A stretch of DNA of 64,000 bases, taken from contig OZ219919.1 of the NCBI GenBank assembly GCA_964291415.2, positions 3,721-67,720 on the forward strand, written 5' to 3'. The notes beneath the pieces are model-generated. The model had not been told where the DNA came from. It ran no database searches and was given only the letters and a program-made list of their open reading frames with translations. Source of the stretch: Alphaproteobacteria bacterium. Lineage in GTDB: Bacteria > Pseudomonadota > Alphaproteobacteria > SP197. The translations under genes were made by a program, and so were the position numbers. The first letter of the stretch is position 1. The number at the start of each line of letters is the position of its first letter. Below are positions 19,560 through 28,737 of this stretch, in pieces.

Positions 19560-21575
19560 TTGTTCACGGAGTGCGGGGAACGGGGTCTGGCGGTCCGCGA
19601 GACGGAACATCTGTGGATCGGCATGACCGATGGCGTACGCCTGGCCGCACGGCTGTGGCTGCCATCGTCGGCCGACGACGCACCGGTCCCCGCACTCCTC
19701 GAGTTCATCCCCTATCGAAAGCGTGACCTGACGCGACTTCGCGACGAGTGCAACCACGCGGTGTTTGCCGAAGCGGGTTACGCATCGATCCGCGTCGACA
19801 TGCGCGGATCGGGCGATTCCGAAGGCCACATGGCCGACATGTTCACCGATGCCGAACTCGACGATGCCATTCGCGTGATCGAGTGGATCGCGGCTCAACC
19901 CTGGTGCGATGGCCATGTGGGCATGTTCGGACAGTCCTGGGGTGGCACGGCAAGCCTTCTGGCGGCATGCCGGGCTCCACCGGCGCTCAAGGCGATCATC
20001 GCCTGTTGCGCCACCCACAACCGGTTCGACGACGACATTCACCACATGGGTGGCTGTCTGCTGACCGACACCGTCGAGTGGGGCGCCCAGTTGCCTGCCA
20101 TTCTTGCCTCGCCACCCGATCCGCAAACGGTGGGTGAGGAATGGCGGGAAATGTGGCTGGCGCGCCTGGAGCGCCTGACCTTCCCTCTGGAGACGTGGAT
20201 CAGCCACGAGTGGCGCGACGACTACTGGCGGCGAAGTTCCGTTGTCGGGACGATGCACACGATCTCCTGTCCGGTGCTGGCGGTCGGCGGCTGGGCGGAT
20301 CGCTACAGCAATGCGGTCATGTCGCTCGTCGCCGGGACCGGCGGCGACTGCTGGGGCATCGTCGGACCCTGGGGTCATCACTATCCCTTTGCCGGAGAAC
20401 CGGGACCGGCAATGGGTTTCCAGCAGGAGGCCGTGAGGTGGTGGGACCGCTGGCTGAAAGGCATTGACAACGGCGTTGACCGCGAACCGCGCCTGCGTGT
20501 CTGGCGGATGGAGTACCAGCCCCCCGCCGACAGGATGGCGCAGCGCCTGGGCACCTGGATCGCCGAAGACTCCTGGCCGTCTTCCCGGATCACACCGCTG
20601 GTCCTCGCTCTGGCCGATGGACAGCTGACGGACCCGCCGGGCGGCGAACGCCGACCCGTTGCCGTGCCTCATGACGGCAGGGTCGGCCTGGCCAGCGGCG
20701 ATACCGGATACTTCGGGCGCACAGGTGGCCTTCCCCTTGATCAGCGCGCGGACGACGCGCTGTCTCTCGTCTTCGAGAGCGACAGACTCGTGACCCCCCT
20801 CGACCTCGTCGGTGAAGCGGTTCTCGAACTCGACGTCGAGTGTGACGCTTCCGTCGCCACCCTTGCCCTGCGCCTCAACGATGTTCCTCCCGAAGGCGGC
20901 GTTGCGCGAGTCTCCTGCGCCGTTCGCAATCTGGCGCTCGATGACGAGGGCGTCCCCCTCGGAACACCGGAAAGACGCCGCCGTTGCCGGATCGTGTTTC
21001 CCGCAACGGCTTATCGCTTTCGTGCCGGGCACCGCATTCGTCTCGCGCTTTCCACTTCGCTGTGGCCGCAGATCTGGCCGGCGCCGCATTCCGCGCCTGT
21101 GACCATCGGCGCCGGCGAGGCGCGCCTCACCCTGCCTCGGCGCGCCGGCGACCGGGAAGCGGATGCGTCGGTCAGGTTTCCGCCGCCCCTGGAACCGGCG
21201 GGCGAGAGCGCAACGGTTCTCGCCGCTGCCTCCATCTCCAGGAACGCCGGGCGCGACGCAGACTCGGGCCGCCTCACATCGGGGTGGACCAACACGCCGG
21301 CACAGGTGCGCTTCCACGGCACCGGAGTCACGTTCGGATCCAGGACCACGTGTGAACACTCCATCATTCCCGGGGACAACAACAGCGGCCACAGCCGGGT
21401 TGAGCACCGTCTCACCTTTCACCGCGACACCTGGTCCGTGGCGGTCACGTCGATTGCCGAACTCAGGTCCACGCCCACCATGTTCCGGCCGCGCGGCCGC
21501 CTCGAGGTCACCGAGAACGGCGAAACGGTCCTGGTCCGCACATGGTCGCCGGACATCCCGCGCACCTGTTCCTGA
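19560..21575 (+). CDS. CocE/NonD family hydrolase (S15 X-Pro dipeptidyl-peptidase-like)
   Basis: 671-aa ORF starting at TTG 19560, 7 nt after the preceding stop. N-terminal MTDGVRLAARLWLP...EFIPYRKRD. Nucleophile elbow GQSWGG. Confidence 0.8.
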   Translation: MFTECGERGLAVRETEHLWIGMTDGVRLAARLWLPSSADDAPVPALLEFIPYRKRDLTRLRDECNHAVFAEAGYASIRVDMRGSGDSEGHMADMFTDAELDDAIRVIEWIAAQPWCDGHVGMFGQSWGGTASLLAACRAPPALKAIIACCATHNRFDDDIHHMGGCLLTDTVEWGAQLPAILASPPDPQTVGEEWREMWLARLERLTFPLETWISHEWRDDYWRRSSVVGTMHTISCPVLAVGGWADRYSNAVMSLVAGTGGDCWGIVGPWGHHYPFAGEPGPAMGFQQEAVRWWDRWLKGIDNGVDREPRLRVWRMEYQPPADRMAQRLGTWIAEDSWPSSRITPLVLALADGQLTDPPGGERRPVAVPHDGRVGLASGDTGYFGRTGGLPLDQRADDALSLVFESDRLVTPLDLVGEAVLELDVECDASVATLALRLNDVPPEGGVARVSCAVRNLALDDEGVPLGTPERRRRCRIVFPATAYRFRAGHRIRLALSTSLWPQIWPAPHSAPVTIGAGEARLTLPRRAGDREADASVRFPPPLEPAGESATVLAAASISRNAGRDADSGRLTSGWTNTPAQVRFHGTGVTFGSRTTCEHSIIPGDNNSGHSRVEHRLTFHRDTWSVAVTSIAELRSTPTMFRPRGRLEVTENGETVLVRTWSPDIPRTCS

Positions 21576-21688
21576 CCGGTCCCCTCCCGGTCCATGAGAA
21601 GGCGGTGTCGCACCAGTCGTTGAAACCGTTGCGACGCGGCCGGCACTCATCGGCTACACTGCGCCGTCCGGCAGCCAGGGATTGAGTC

Positions 21689-23704
21689 ATGCGTGTGGGA
21701 GTCGAGGTCGGGGGAACCTTCACGGACCTGGTGGCGATTGACGCCAAAGGCGCCATCACCATTGCCAAGGTGCCGTCCGTCCCCGGAAATCCGGACGAGG
21801 GCGCGTTCAATGCCATCGTCGAATCGACGGTGCCGGTATCGGGGATCAATGACCTGGTGCATGGCTCGACGATTGCCACCAATGCGGTGCTCGAGCGCAA
21901 GGGTGCCCGCATCGCCTTCATCACGACCAGCGGCTTTCGCGACATCCTCATCATGCAGCGGCACAACCGCAGCCGTGTCTACGATCTCACCTACCGCAAG
22001 CCGCAGCCGGTGGTCCACCGGCGGGATTCATTCGAGGTGACGGAGAGAATTCTCGCCGACGGCAGTGTACTGGTGCCGCTCGACGCCGCGGCCGTCGAAC
22101 GCGACCTTGTCCCCCGTCTGCGCGAGGGCGGCTACGAGGCCGTCGCCATTTGCCTGCTGAACGGCTACGCCAATCCGGTTCACGAGGAGGAACTGCAGTC
22201 GATCATCGCCCGCAACTGCCAGGACATCGAGATTGCCTGCTCATCAACGGTCACCCGGGAGTTCCGGGAATACGAGCGGGCATCGACCACGACGCTGTCG
22301 GCCTATGTCCAGCCGGTCATCAACCGTTATCTCGAGCGCTTCGAGAAACGCCTCTCGCGGGACGGGTTCGCCGGGCGTTTTTCCGTCATGCAGTCGAACG
22401 GCGGCCGCCTGCCGGCAGAGGGCATGAGACGCAACGCGATCACCTCCCTGCTTTCGGGACCGGCCGCAGGCGTCACAGGCGCCATTCGCCAGGCCGGCAG
22501 GTCCGGCTACCGGGATCTCGTCACCCTGGACATGGGAGGAACCTCCACCGACGTCTGTCTCGTGACCGCCGGGGAACCCGAACTCACCGCCGAATTCTCT
22601 CTTGACGGCCTTCCGGTGCGCACGCCGATCATCGACATCAACACGATTGGCGCCGGCGGCGGATCGATCATATGGATCGACGACGGAGGCATGCTGCGCG
22701 CCGGTCCGGTGAGCGCCGGGGCCGACCCCGGCCCGGCCTGCTATGGCCGTGGCGGAACACGGCCGACGGTCACCGATGCCCATGTCATTCGCGGCACGCT
22801 GAGACCCGAGTCCTTTCTCGGCGGGCGCATGGCAATCGACCAGGAAGCGTCGCGCGAGGCCTTCCAGCCCCTGGCAGACTCCCTCGCCATGGGCCTCGAA
22901 GACATTTCCGATGCCGCCATCCGGGTCGCCAACGCCTCCATCGTACGCGCCATGCAGATTGTCTCCACCGAACGCGGCAAGGATCCGAGGGACCACGCTC
23001 TTGTCGCCTTCGGTGGCGCCGGTCCCCTCCATGCGGCGCATGTTGCCGCGGACCTCGGCATGACCACCGTCGTCGTGCCACCCCATGCCGGCGTGCTGTC
23101 GGCCTATGGTCTCATCGCCTCCGACTACCAGCAATTCTCCACGGTCACCCGCAAGATGCTCCTCGACGATGCGGCGCCCGGCGCCATAGCCGAGGTCTAT
23201 CGCGACATGAAGAAGCGCGCGACCGAGCGCTTTGTCCTGATGGGTCTCGGATCCCGGCCACGCATCTCGTTCTTTGCCGACATGAGATTCGTCGGCCAGG
23301 CGTTCGAGGTGGCGGTTCCCATCGATCCGCCGTCAGGCCTGACGGCCGGTGGACTCAGGACACTCTTTGCCGATGAGCATCACAGGGTCTTCATGCATGG
23401 CGGGGATGCCTCCAGACCCATCGAGATCGTCGCCTTCCGTCTCGGCGCGTCGGCGCCGCTCAAGGACGTGCCGGCGCTGAAGGAGGAACCGGGTGACGAG
23501 AAGGTCCCCTTCATGCCCTGGCGCTACCATGATCAGGGGGGATGGCGCGACGGCATGATCGGTCACCGGGGCGCCATGACCCCCGGTGCGGCGCTTGCCG
23601 GACCGGCCCTGATCGAGGACGAGACGGCCACCATCGCGGTTCCGGACGGCTGGTCCGCCACCAGCGACGAATATCACAATCTGGTGCTCACCCGGGCGGG
23701 GTGA
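21689..23704 (+). CDS. hyuA: Hydantoinase A/oxoprolinase family protein
   Basis: 671-aa ORF. N-terminal MRVGVEVGGTFTDLVAID, then DMGGTSTDV and GAGGGSI (ASKHA-type ATPase motifs of HyuA). Confidence 0.85.
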   Translation: MRVGVEVGGTFTDLVAIDAKGAITIAKVPSVPGNPDEGAFNAIVESTVPVSGINDLVHGSTIATNAVLERKGARIAFITTSGFRDILIMQRHNRSRVYDLTYRKPQPVVHRRDSFEVTERILADGSVLVPLDAAAVERDLVPRLREGGYEAVAICLLNGYANPVHEEELQSIIARNCQDIEIACSSTVTREFREYERASTTTLSAYVQPVINRYLERFEKRLSRDGFAGRFSVMQSNGGRLPAEGMRRNAITSLLSGPAAGVTGAIRQAGRSGYRDLVTLDMGGTSTDVCLVTAGEPELTAEFSLDGLPVRTPIIDINTIGAGGGSIIWIDDGGMLRAGPVSAGADPGPACYGRGGTRPTVTDAHVIRGTLRPESFLGGRMAIDQEASREAFQPLADSLAMGLEDISDAAIRVANASIVRAMQIVSTERGKDPRDHALVAFGGAGPLHAAHVAADLGMTTVVVPPHAGVLSAYGLIASDYQQFSTVTRKMLLDDAAPGAIAEVYRDMKKRATERFVLMGLGSRPRISFFADMRFVGQAFEVAVPIDPPSGLTAGGLRTLFADEHHRVFMHGGDASRPIEIVAFRLGASAPLKDVPALKEEPGDEKVPFMPWRYHDQGGWRDGMIGHRGAMTPGAALAGPALIEDETATIAVPDGWSATSDEYHNLVLTRAG

Positions 23705-23729
23705 TTGCAACCGGTTCCCGGGATGCGAG

Positions 23730-23757
23730 AAAGGCCGGACGTTGCCGTCCGGCCTTT
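23730..23757. terminator. Bidirectional hairpin between convergent hyuA and the ProX-like gene
   Basis: AAAGGCCGGACG-TTGC-CGTCCGGCCTTT. A perfect 12-bp stem flanked by A-run and T-run, so it can terminate in both directions. Confidence 0.7.
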
Positions 23758-23784
23758 CGGTTGGTTCCCCTTGAGAGGGAGTGC

Positions 23785-24753
23785 TTACATCGTCGCGTGA
23801 TCGATCCAGCCCTGGAGCGTCTCGGAGTTGTTGTCGAGCCACTCGTTGATGACCTCGATGAGGTCGCGGCCCTTGTCGTCGATCTCCGACATCATCTGCG
23901 CCTGCTCGAGGTTGGTGATCGAATAGGCCTCGATCAGTCCCCAGGCGCCGGGGTGGCTGTCCTTGAGACCCGGATTGGCAACCTTCCAGATCTCGGCGCC
24001 CGCCCAGTCGCAGTCATGGGTGGCGTCGGGGTTGATACCCAGCGACGCGTCGGTCTCGCACCCCTCGAAGTACTCGGGCAGATAGATACGCTGCAGGTCG
24101 TACTGGGCGTGCATCCAGTGCGGTTCCCAGAACATGGTGATCAGCGGCGCCTGGCGCTCGTAGGCCGACTTGATCTCGGCAATGATCGCACCCTCGCCGC
24201 CCGACGGGATGTTCACGAAGTCAAGCCCCAGCGCGGCAATGCGCGGCGCATTCTTGTCGCCCCATTCCGCCGGATAGTCCAGAAAACGTCCAGACGGCAT
24301 CGTCTCGGGCGTCGCAAACATGTCGGCGCAGTCGTTGAGCGCCTCCCAGCTCGGCAGACCCGGACACATGTCGACGACGTATCCCGGAACAAACCACGCC
24401 TCCTGCGGCTTCAGACCGGACAGCGCCACGATCTCGACCGCGCCGGAATCGAAGTGCTCGTCCCAGCCCTCGCCGATGTTGGAACTCCAGATCTCCAGGG
24501 TCGCGTGAATGTCGCCGTCCGCAACGGCCGAAACCTGCGGATAGTATCCCGCGGTCACGTATTCGACGTTGTAGCCCATGCGCTTGAGCGCCTCGCCGGC
24601 CACCGTCGTGCTGACGTGCTGGCCCGTCCACTCGTTCATCGCAAGCTTGATCGGCTCATCCGTCTCGGGAATTGACTGGGCGCTCGCCGAAACGGCAACG
24701 CCAACAAGCAGTGCACCAGCCGCAGCTGATGCGATCTTGGGAAGGAATCTCAT
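23785..24753 (-). CDS. Glycine betaine/proline-type ABC substrate-binding protein (ProX/OpuAC family)
   Basis: ORF 23785..24876 trimmed to ATG 24753 (CAGGAGAAAGG upstream). Sec signal MRFLPKIASAAAGALLVGVAVSASAQS. Contains NEWTGQHVSTTVAGEALKRMGYNVEYV. No permease or ATPase gene is adjacent. Confidence 0.65.
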   Translation of the reverse strand: MRFLPKIASAAAGALLVGVAVSASAQSIPETDEPIKLAMNEWTGQHVSTTVAGEALKRMGYNVEYVTAGYYPQVSAVADGDIHATLEIWSSNIGEGWDEHFDSGAVEIVALSGLKPQEAWFVPGYVVDMCPGLPSWEALNDCADMFATPETMPSGRFLDYPAEWGDKNAPRIAALGLDFVNIPSGGEGAIIAEIKSAYERQAPLITMFWEPHWMHAQYDLQRIYLPEYFEGCETDASLGINPDATHDCDWAGAEIWKVANPGLKDSHPGAWGLIEAYSITNLEQAQMMSEIDDKGRDLIEVINEWLDNNSETLQGWIDHATM

Positions 24754-24849
24754 GGTGCCTTTCTCCTGTGTTGGTGCCGGAAACCTGCTGAAGGGCGCAC
24801 CGAGGTCGTTCTCCGGATCCTGACGGCACGGCCCGGCAGAAGGCATCCT

Positions 24850-24867
24850 AACACATCCGGATGTGTT
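24850..24867. promoter_or_regulatory. 18-bp perfect palindrome, candidate operator upstream of the ProX-like gene
   Basis: AACACATCCGGATGTGTT is exactly self-complementary. Its centre lies about 105 nt upstream of ATG 24753. Confidence 0.4.
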
Positions 24868-25010
24868 CACACGCAACAGGGATGAGGCTCGCCGGGCAAC
24901 GGTGCGCAGGCGTCATCCGCCAGGCCGGAATCTCGTCGCGCTGGACACGGGAGGAACCTCAACCGATGCCTGTCTCGCGACCGCATGGCGATTCCTCAAT
25001 CTGCCTGCCA

Positions 25011-25763
25011 TTACAGGACAATCCTGGTCAGCGTGACGAGAGTCATGTCGGCGGTGGTGGCATGCAGGAAGTAGAGCGGCCGCGCCCCGATGGCGGAATG
25101 GACTCCCTTTCGCAAATCGACCGCCACACTCGGCATGGCTGTGGCGACGGTGCCGCCCCAGGATTCCCGGTGAAAGCAATGGACATGACCGCACAGCAGC
25201 CTGACGACTTGCGGATGACGCGCGACCAGAGCCTCGAATTCCGCTGCCTCGTTCGAATGCCTGTAACCCCCGACATAATGCGGTGAGATATCGAAGGGTG
25301 GATGATGAATGAACAGGATCGTGGGTCTCGCAGGCTCACCGCCCAGCGTTTCGTCCAGCCACCGGCGCCGGCGTTCACAAAAGACCCCTTTCCGTTCGCC
25401 GTCCACCACCGAGTCGAGCGCAACCAGGCGCATGGGAAACGCGTCGATCGCGTAATGGACGAACTCGCCGGGCGGGGGCAGGGAGGCGAGATGTTCGAAA
25501 GCGTTGCGCAGTTCACTCCGCCGGTCGCGGTTGCCGGGAACGATGAACAGGGGTGCTTTCAGATCGTCCAGGATCTCGCGCAAGTGAGTGTACGCCCCGG
25601 GATCGCCGCGATGGACACAGTCGCCCGTGTGGACGACTGCATCGACATTCTGCCGATTGATATCGGCGACGCACCGCCTCAGGTTGAGCGCCCGGTCTGC
25701 TCCGGCCGGCCCTGCTGACGATTTCGCTTCGATGTGGGTATCGCTGATCTGGGCGATGATCAT
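25011..25763 (-). CDS. Calcineurin-like metallophosphoesterase (CpdA-type)
   Basis: 250-aa ORF with the ordered motifs ISDTH, HTGDCVHRGD, PGNRD, IHHPP and CGHVH. It lies 61 nt downstream of sat on the same strand. Confidence 0.75.
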   Translation of the reverse strand: MIIAQISDTHIEAKSSAGPAGADRALNLRRCVADINRQNVDAVVHTGDCVHRGDPGAYTHLREILDDLKAPLFIVPGNRDRRSELRNAFEHLASLPPPGEFVHYAIDAFPMRLVALDSVVDGERKGVFCERRRRWLDETLGGEPARPTILFIHHPPFDISPHYVGGYRHSNEAAEFEALVARHPQVVRLLCGHVHCFHRESWGGTVATAMPSVAVDLRKGVHSAIGARPLYFLHATTADMTLVTLTRIVL

Positions 25764-25824
25764 TCAGATTCCACCCTGCGCCAGCGCCGGTCCTTGCCGA
25801 GACCGCGGCGGTGAAAGCGCCCTG

Positions 25825-26994
25825 TCAGGCAAGGCTGTCGTAGTAGGCCTGCAGCACATCGATCACCTCGCGCCGGCTGAACTCTTCGGGAATGGGTTCG
25901 TGATTGGCGAACATCGCGCGCAACCGGGTTCCGGATATTGCCAGCCGGTCCTCTTCCCCGTGGGGGCAGGTCCTGCCGGTCGCCATGCCGCACTTGTAGC
26001 AGAAGAACGTGATGTCGATCTTGAGCGGCCGGATTTCCATGCTGCCGGCCGGCAGGACATCGAAGATGTTGTGGGCATCGAACGGGCCGTAGAAGTCTCC
26101 CACACCGGCATGGTCGCGGCCGACCACGAGATGGGTGCATCCGAAGTTCTGGCGAAAGACTGCGTGCAGCAACGCCTCGCGCGGGCCGCCATAGCGCATC
26201 TCGATGGGATAGCCGGCCTGGATGACTGTTCCCGGCACAAAATAGTTCTCGACCAGCGCATTGATCGCATTGACCCGCACGTCTGCGGGAATGTCACCGG
26301 GCTTGAGAGCGCCGAGCACCTGATGAATGAGAAGCCCGTCACAGATCTCGACGGCAATCTTGGCCAGGTGTTCATGGCTGCGATGCATCGGATTGCGGGT
26401 CTGGAAGGCCGCGACCCTGGACCATCCGCTGGCCTTGAACATGGCCCTCGTTTGCGCAGGCCGCAAGTAGAGCCCGGCGTAGGTGCTGGGGAAATGACCC
26501 TCGGAGAGCGCCGTGACCGGGCCGCCCAGGTTGATCGCGGGTTGTTCCAGGACCTTCCTGACGCCGGGGTGGGCGTCGTTCGTCGTGCGAAAGACCTCAC
26601 GGCACTCAAGATCCCGATCGATGGTGTACTTTTCGCGGACCGTCTGGATCGCCAGGATCTCCCCGGTCCCGCCATCCACCAGTGCGACCTCGTCGCCGAT
26701 GCGGATGCCTCCAGCGTGATCCTCGTCGCAGGAAACGGTGATGGGAACCGGCCAGAAAACGCCGTCGGATGTCGCCATGTCGACGCAACAGCCGTACCAG
26801 TCCTCTCTCCCCATGAAGCCCGCCAACGGGGTGTAGGCGCCCATGGCCAGCATGAAGAGGTCCGATATCTCCCGGCTGGTCAGCGGGATCTTGACCAGCC
26901 GACGGGCACGTTCGATCTCGTCCGCGATCTCCGCCCGGGGGAGCAGCAGGGGCTTCAGCGCGCCACCGCCATGCGGGGAGACCAGGTTTGGCAT
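25825..26994 (-). CDS. sat: Sulfate adenylyltransferase (ATP sulfurylase), homo-oligomeric Sat type
   Basis: 389-aa [17 protein letters not shown] and [10 protein letters not shown] motifs. N-terminal PUA-like region. Confidence 0.9.
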   Translation of the reverse strand: MPNLVSPHGGGALKPLLLPRAEIADEIERARRLVKIPLTSREISDLFMLAMGAYTPLAGFMGREDWYGCCVDMATSDGVFWPVPITVSCDEDHAGGIRIGDEVALVDGGTGEILAIQTVREKYTIDRDLECREVFRTTNDAHPGVRKVLEQPAINLGGPVTALSEGHFPSTYAGLYLRPAQTRAMFKASGWSRVAAFQTRNPMHRSHEHLAKIAVEICDGLLIHQVLGALKPGDIPADVRVNAINALVENYFVPGTVIQAGYPIEMRYGGPREALLHAVFRQNFGCTHLVVGRDHAGVGDFYGPFDAHNIFDVLPAGSMEIRPLKIDITFFCYKCGMATGRTCPHGEEDRLAISGTRLRAMFANHEPIPEEFSRREVIDVLQAYYDSLA

Positions 26995-27176
26995 GGTGGG
27001 CCGCCTCTCGACCGGTGGCTACGCGATCAGATATCCGGTCCGGGCCCTTTGTGCAATGCCGCGACGGCTCCCGGAGAAGGAAGAGGCGGCGCCGGGCAGC
27101 AAAGACCTTCCGCGCCACTGTCATGTCTCAAGGTTCATGGCAATCCCACAACAGTCTTCGTTCTACTGCGCCGGAA

Positions 27177-27317
27177 GGCTGATCCGACGCACGCCGCATG
27201 TTGATAAGACGGAGGAAAGGGGCCACAGTGGCCCCATCGCTTTCTTCCGGTCCGGCCGGCAGGGTTCATCAACACGAGAAGAGCATGGAAGGGTGGCTTC
27301 ATGCCGGCTGATCCGAC
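27177..27317. repeat. Two copies of a 12-nt direct repeat, plus a GC hairpin, in the sat/aprM divergent control region
   Basis: GGCTGATCCGAC at 27177-27188 and again at 27306-27317. Between them lies the hairpin GGGGCCAC-A-GTGGCCCC (27219-27235), followed by ATCGCTTTCTT. Confidence 0.5.
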
Positions 27318-27437
27318 TTCAGGCGACCGCGGCAGCAGCACGCGCGCGACGAGATCACGGACAGCGAGAAGGGTCCGTGACGAGCGTCCAGGACCGATGC
27401 CGCCGCCGACCTTCGCTTTCGGTCAAACCAGGGACGA

Positions 27438-28220
27438 ATGATGTTTTCCAGCAATCCCTTTGCAGTGCTTCCCGTAACGCCTGCGGTCACGCAAACCTAT
27501 GTCGTCATCATGATCCTGCTGGTCGTGGGAGGGACCCTGTTCGATGTGCTCCACAAGAGGAGCGCCCGGTACTTCTTCGACAACTGGCGTCACGCGAGAA
27601 ATCGGGGCGACCGGCCGGTCAGTGGCACCCACATGGTGTCCCTCGCAGTCCAGACCTCCGCAGTCGACGTGCTGGCTTCAGGTGAATTCTGCAATCTGCG
27701 GCGCAGGGTCGCGCACCTGCTGACCATGTACGGATTCGTGGCGTATCTTGCCGCCACCCTCGCCATGGTCTTCGGCTACCCGACTTCGGCCACACCGACT
27801 CCCGCCATCTGGCCGCTGCTCTGGTACATCGGCATCGTGATGGTCTGCGGCGGCGGGTACTGGTTCTGGTTCTTCATCCGGGTTGACGTGGCCGCCGAGG
27901 GGCATCCCCCGTGGCGAATCGTGCGCGCCGACCTCTTCATCCTTTCGCTCCTGGCCAGCACGACGATGGCGTTCGTCTGGGGACTCCTCCAGACGGCGGC
28001 AAGCCCGGCGGCCGATGTCTTCCTCGGCCTCTATGTCATCGCCACCACGGTGCTCTTCGGATCGGTGCCCTGGTCCAAGTTTTCCCACATGTTCTACAAG
28101 CCCGCCATCGCATTCCAGAAACGCGTGGCGGAAGCGGACGGATCGCGAAGCAATCTTCCGGCGCCGGCCGACAAGCCCGAAGTTCTCGGCCGCGTCACGG
28201 AGCTGCCACGCCATTACTGA
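27438..28220 (+). CDS. aprM: AprM-like membrane anchor for APS reductase (call made from topology and context)
   Basis: 260-aa ORF with five long hydrophobic segments (e.g. YVVIMILLVVGGTLF, LLTMYGFVAYLAATLAMVF, LLWYIGIVMVCGGGYWFWFFI). It lies directly upstream of aprBA, as aprM does in sulfur-oxidiser type loci. I could not verify any family motif. Confidence 0.55.
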   Translation: MMFSSNPFAVLPVTPAVTQTYVVIMILLVVGGTLFDVLHKRSARYFFDNWRHARNRGDRPVSGTHMVSLAVQTSAVDVLASGEFCNLRRRVAHLLTMYGFVAYLAATLAMVFGYPTSATPTPAIWPLLWYIGIVMVCGGGYWFWFFIRVDVAAEGHPPWRIVRADLFILSLLASTTMAFVWGLLQTAASPAADVFLGLYVIATTVLFGSVPWSKFSHMFYKPAIAFQKRVAEADGSRSNLPAPADKPEVLGRVTELPRHY

Positions 28221-28272
28221 TCTAACCGGCCCGTGCGGAACGGGTTTTCGATTTGGGAGTTGACCTGACACC

Positions 28273-28737
28273 ATGCCAACCTTTGTCTACATGAGCCATT
28301 GCGACGGTTGCGGACATTGCGTCGATATCTGTCCGTCCGACATCATGCACATCGACACGACCTATCGCCGCGCCTTCAACATCGAGCCGAACATGTGCTG
28401 GGAGTGCTATTCATGCGTGAAGGCGTGTCCGCAGAACGCCATCGACGTGCGTGGATATGCGGACTTTGCACCGCTCGGTCACAGCGTGCGGGTGCGCCGC
28501 GAAGAAGACAAGGGCACCGTTTCCTGGAAGGTCAAGTTCAGAAACGGCGAAGAGAAGAACTTCGTCTCGCCCATTCGCACCACGAAATGGGGATCGATCA
28601 AGTCGTCCGCCGAGTACGACAGGCCGGAGGCCTCCCGTTTCAGGTCCCAGGAACTCGCCCACGAACCCGACCTCCTCAACATTGACGGCGGGCTGCCGGT
28701 TCTGGATCCCGAACGCCTCAAGCAGGGAGCGGCCTGA
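28273..28737 (+). CDS. aprB: Adenylylsulfate (APS) reductase beta subunit
   Basis: MPTFVYMSHCDGCGHCVDICPSDIMH...CWECYSCVKACPQNAI (two ferredoxin Cys clusters), plus the AprB-specific C-terminal tail. Confidence 0.9.
   Translation: MPTFVYMSHCDGCGHCVDICPSDIMHIDTTYRRAFNIEPNMCWECYSCVKACPQNAIDVRGYADFAPLGHSVRVRREEDKGTVSWKVKFRNGEEKNFVSPIRTTKWGSIKSSAEYDRPEASRFRSQELAHEPDLLNIDGGLPVLDPERLKQGAA

Noticed and set aside
19035-21650. 871-aa minus-strand ORF, the longest in the track
   Set aside because: It lies antisense to the CocE/NonD hydrolase and to the end of the family-5 binding protein. Its composition is dominated by Arg, Gly, Ala and Pro, and no motif is present. Third codon positions coincide with those of the sense genes, which keeps such frames open in GC-rich DNA.
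26843-27685. 280-aa + ORF spanning the sat start, the intergenic region and the aprM start
   Set aside because: It crosses two well-supported genes and a repeat-bearing control region, and it has no motif.
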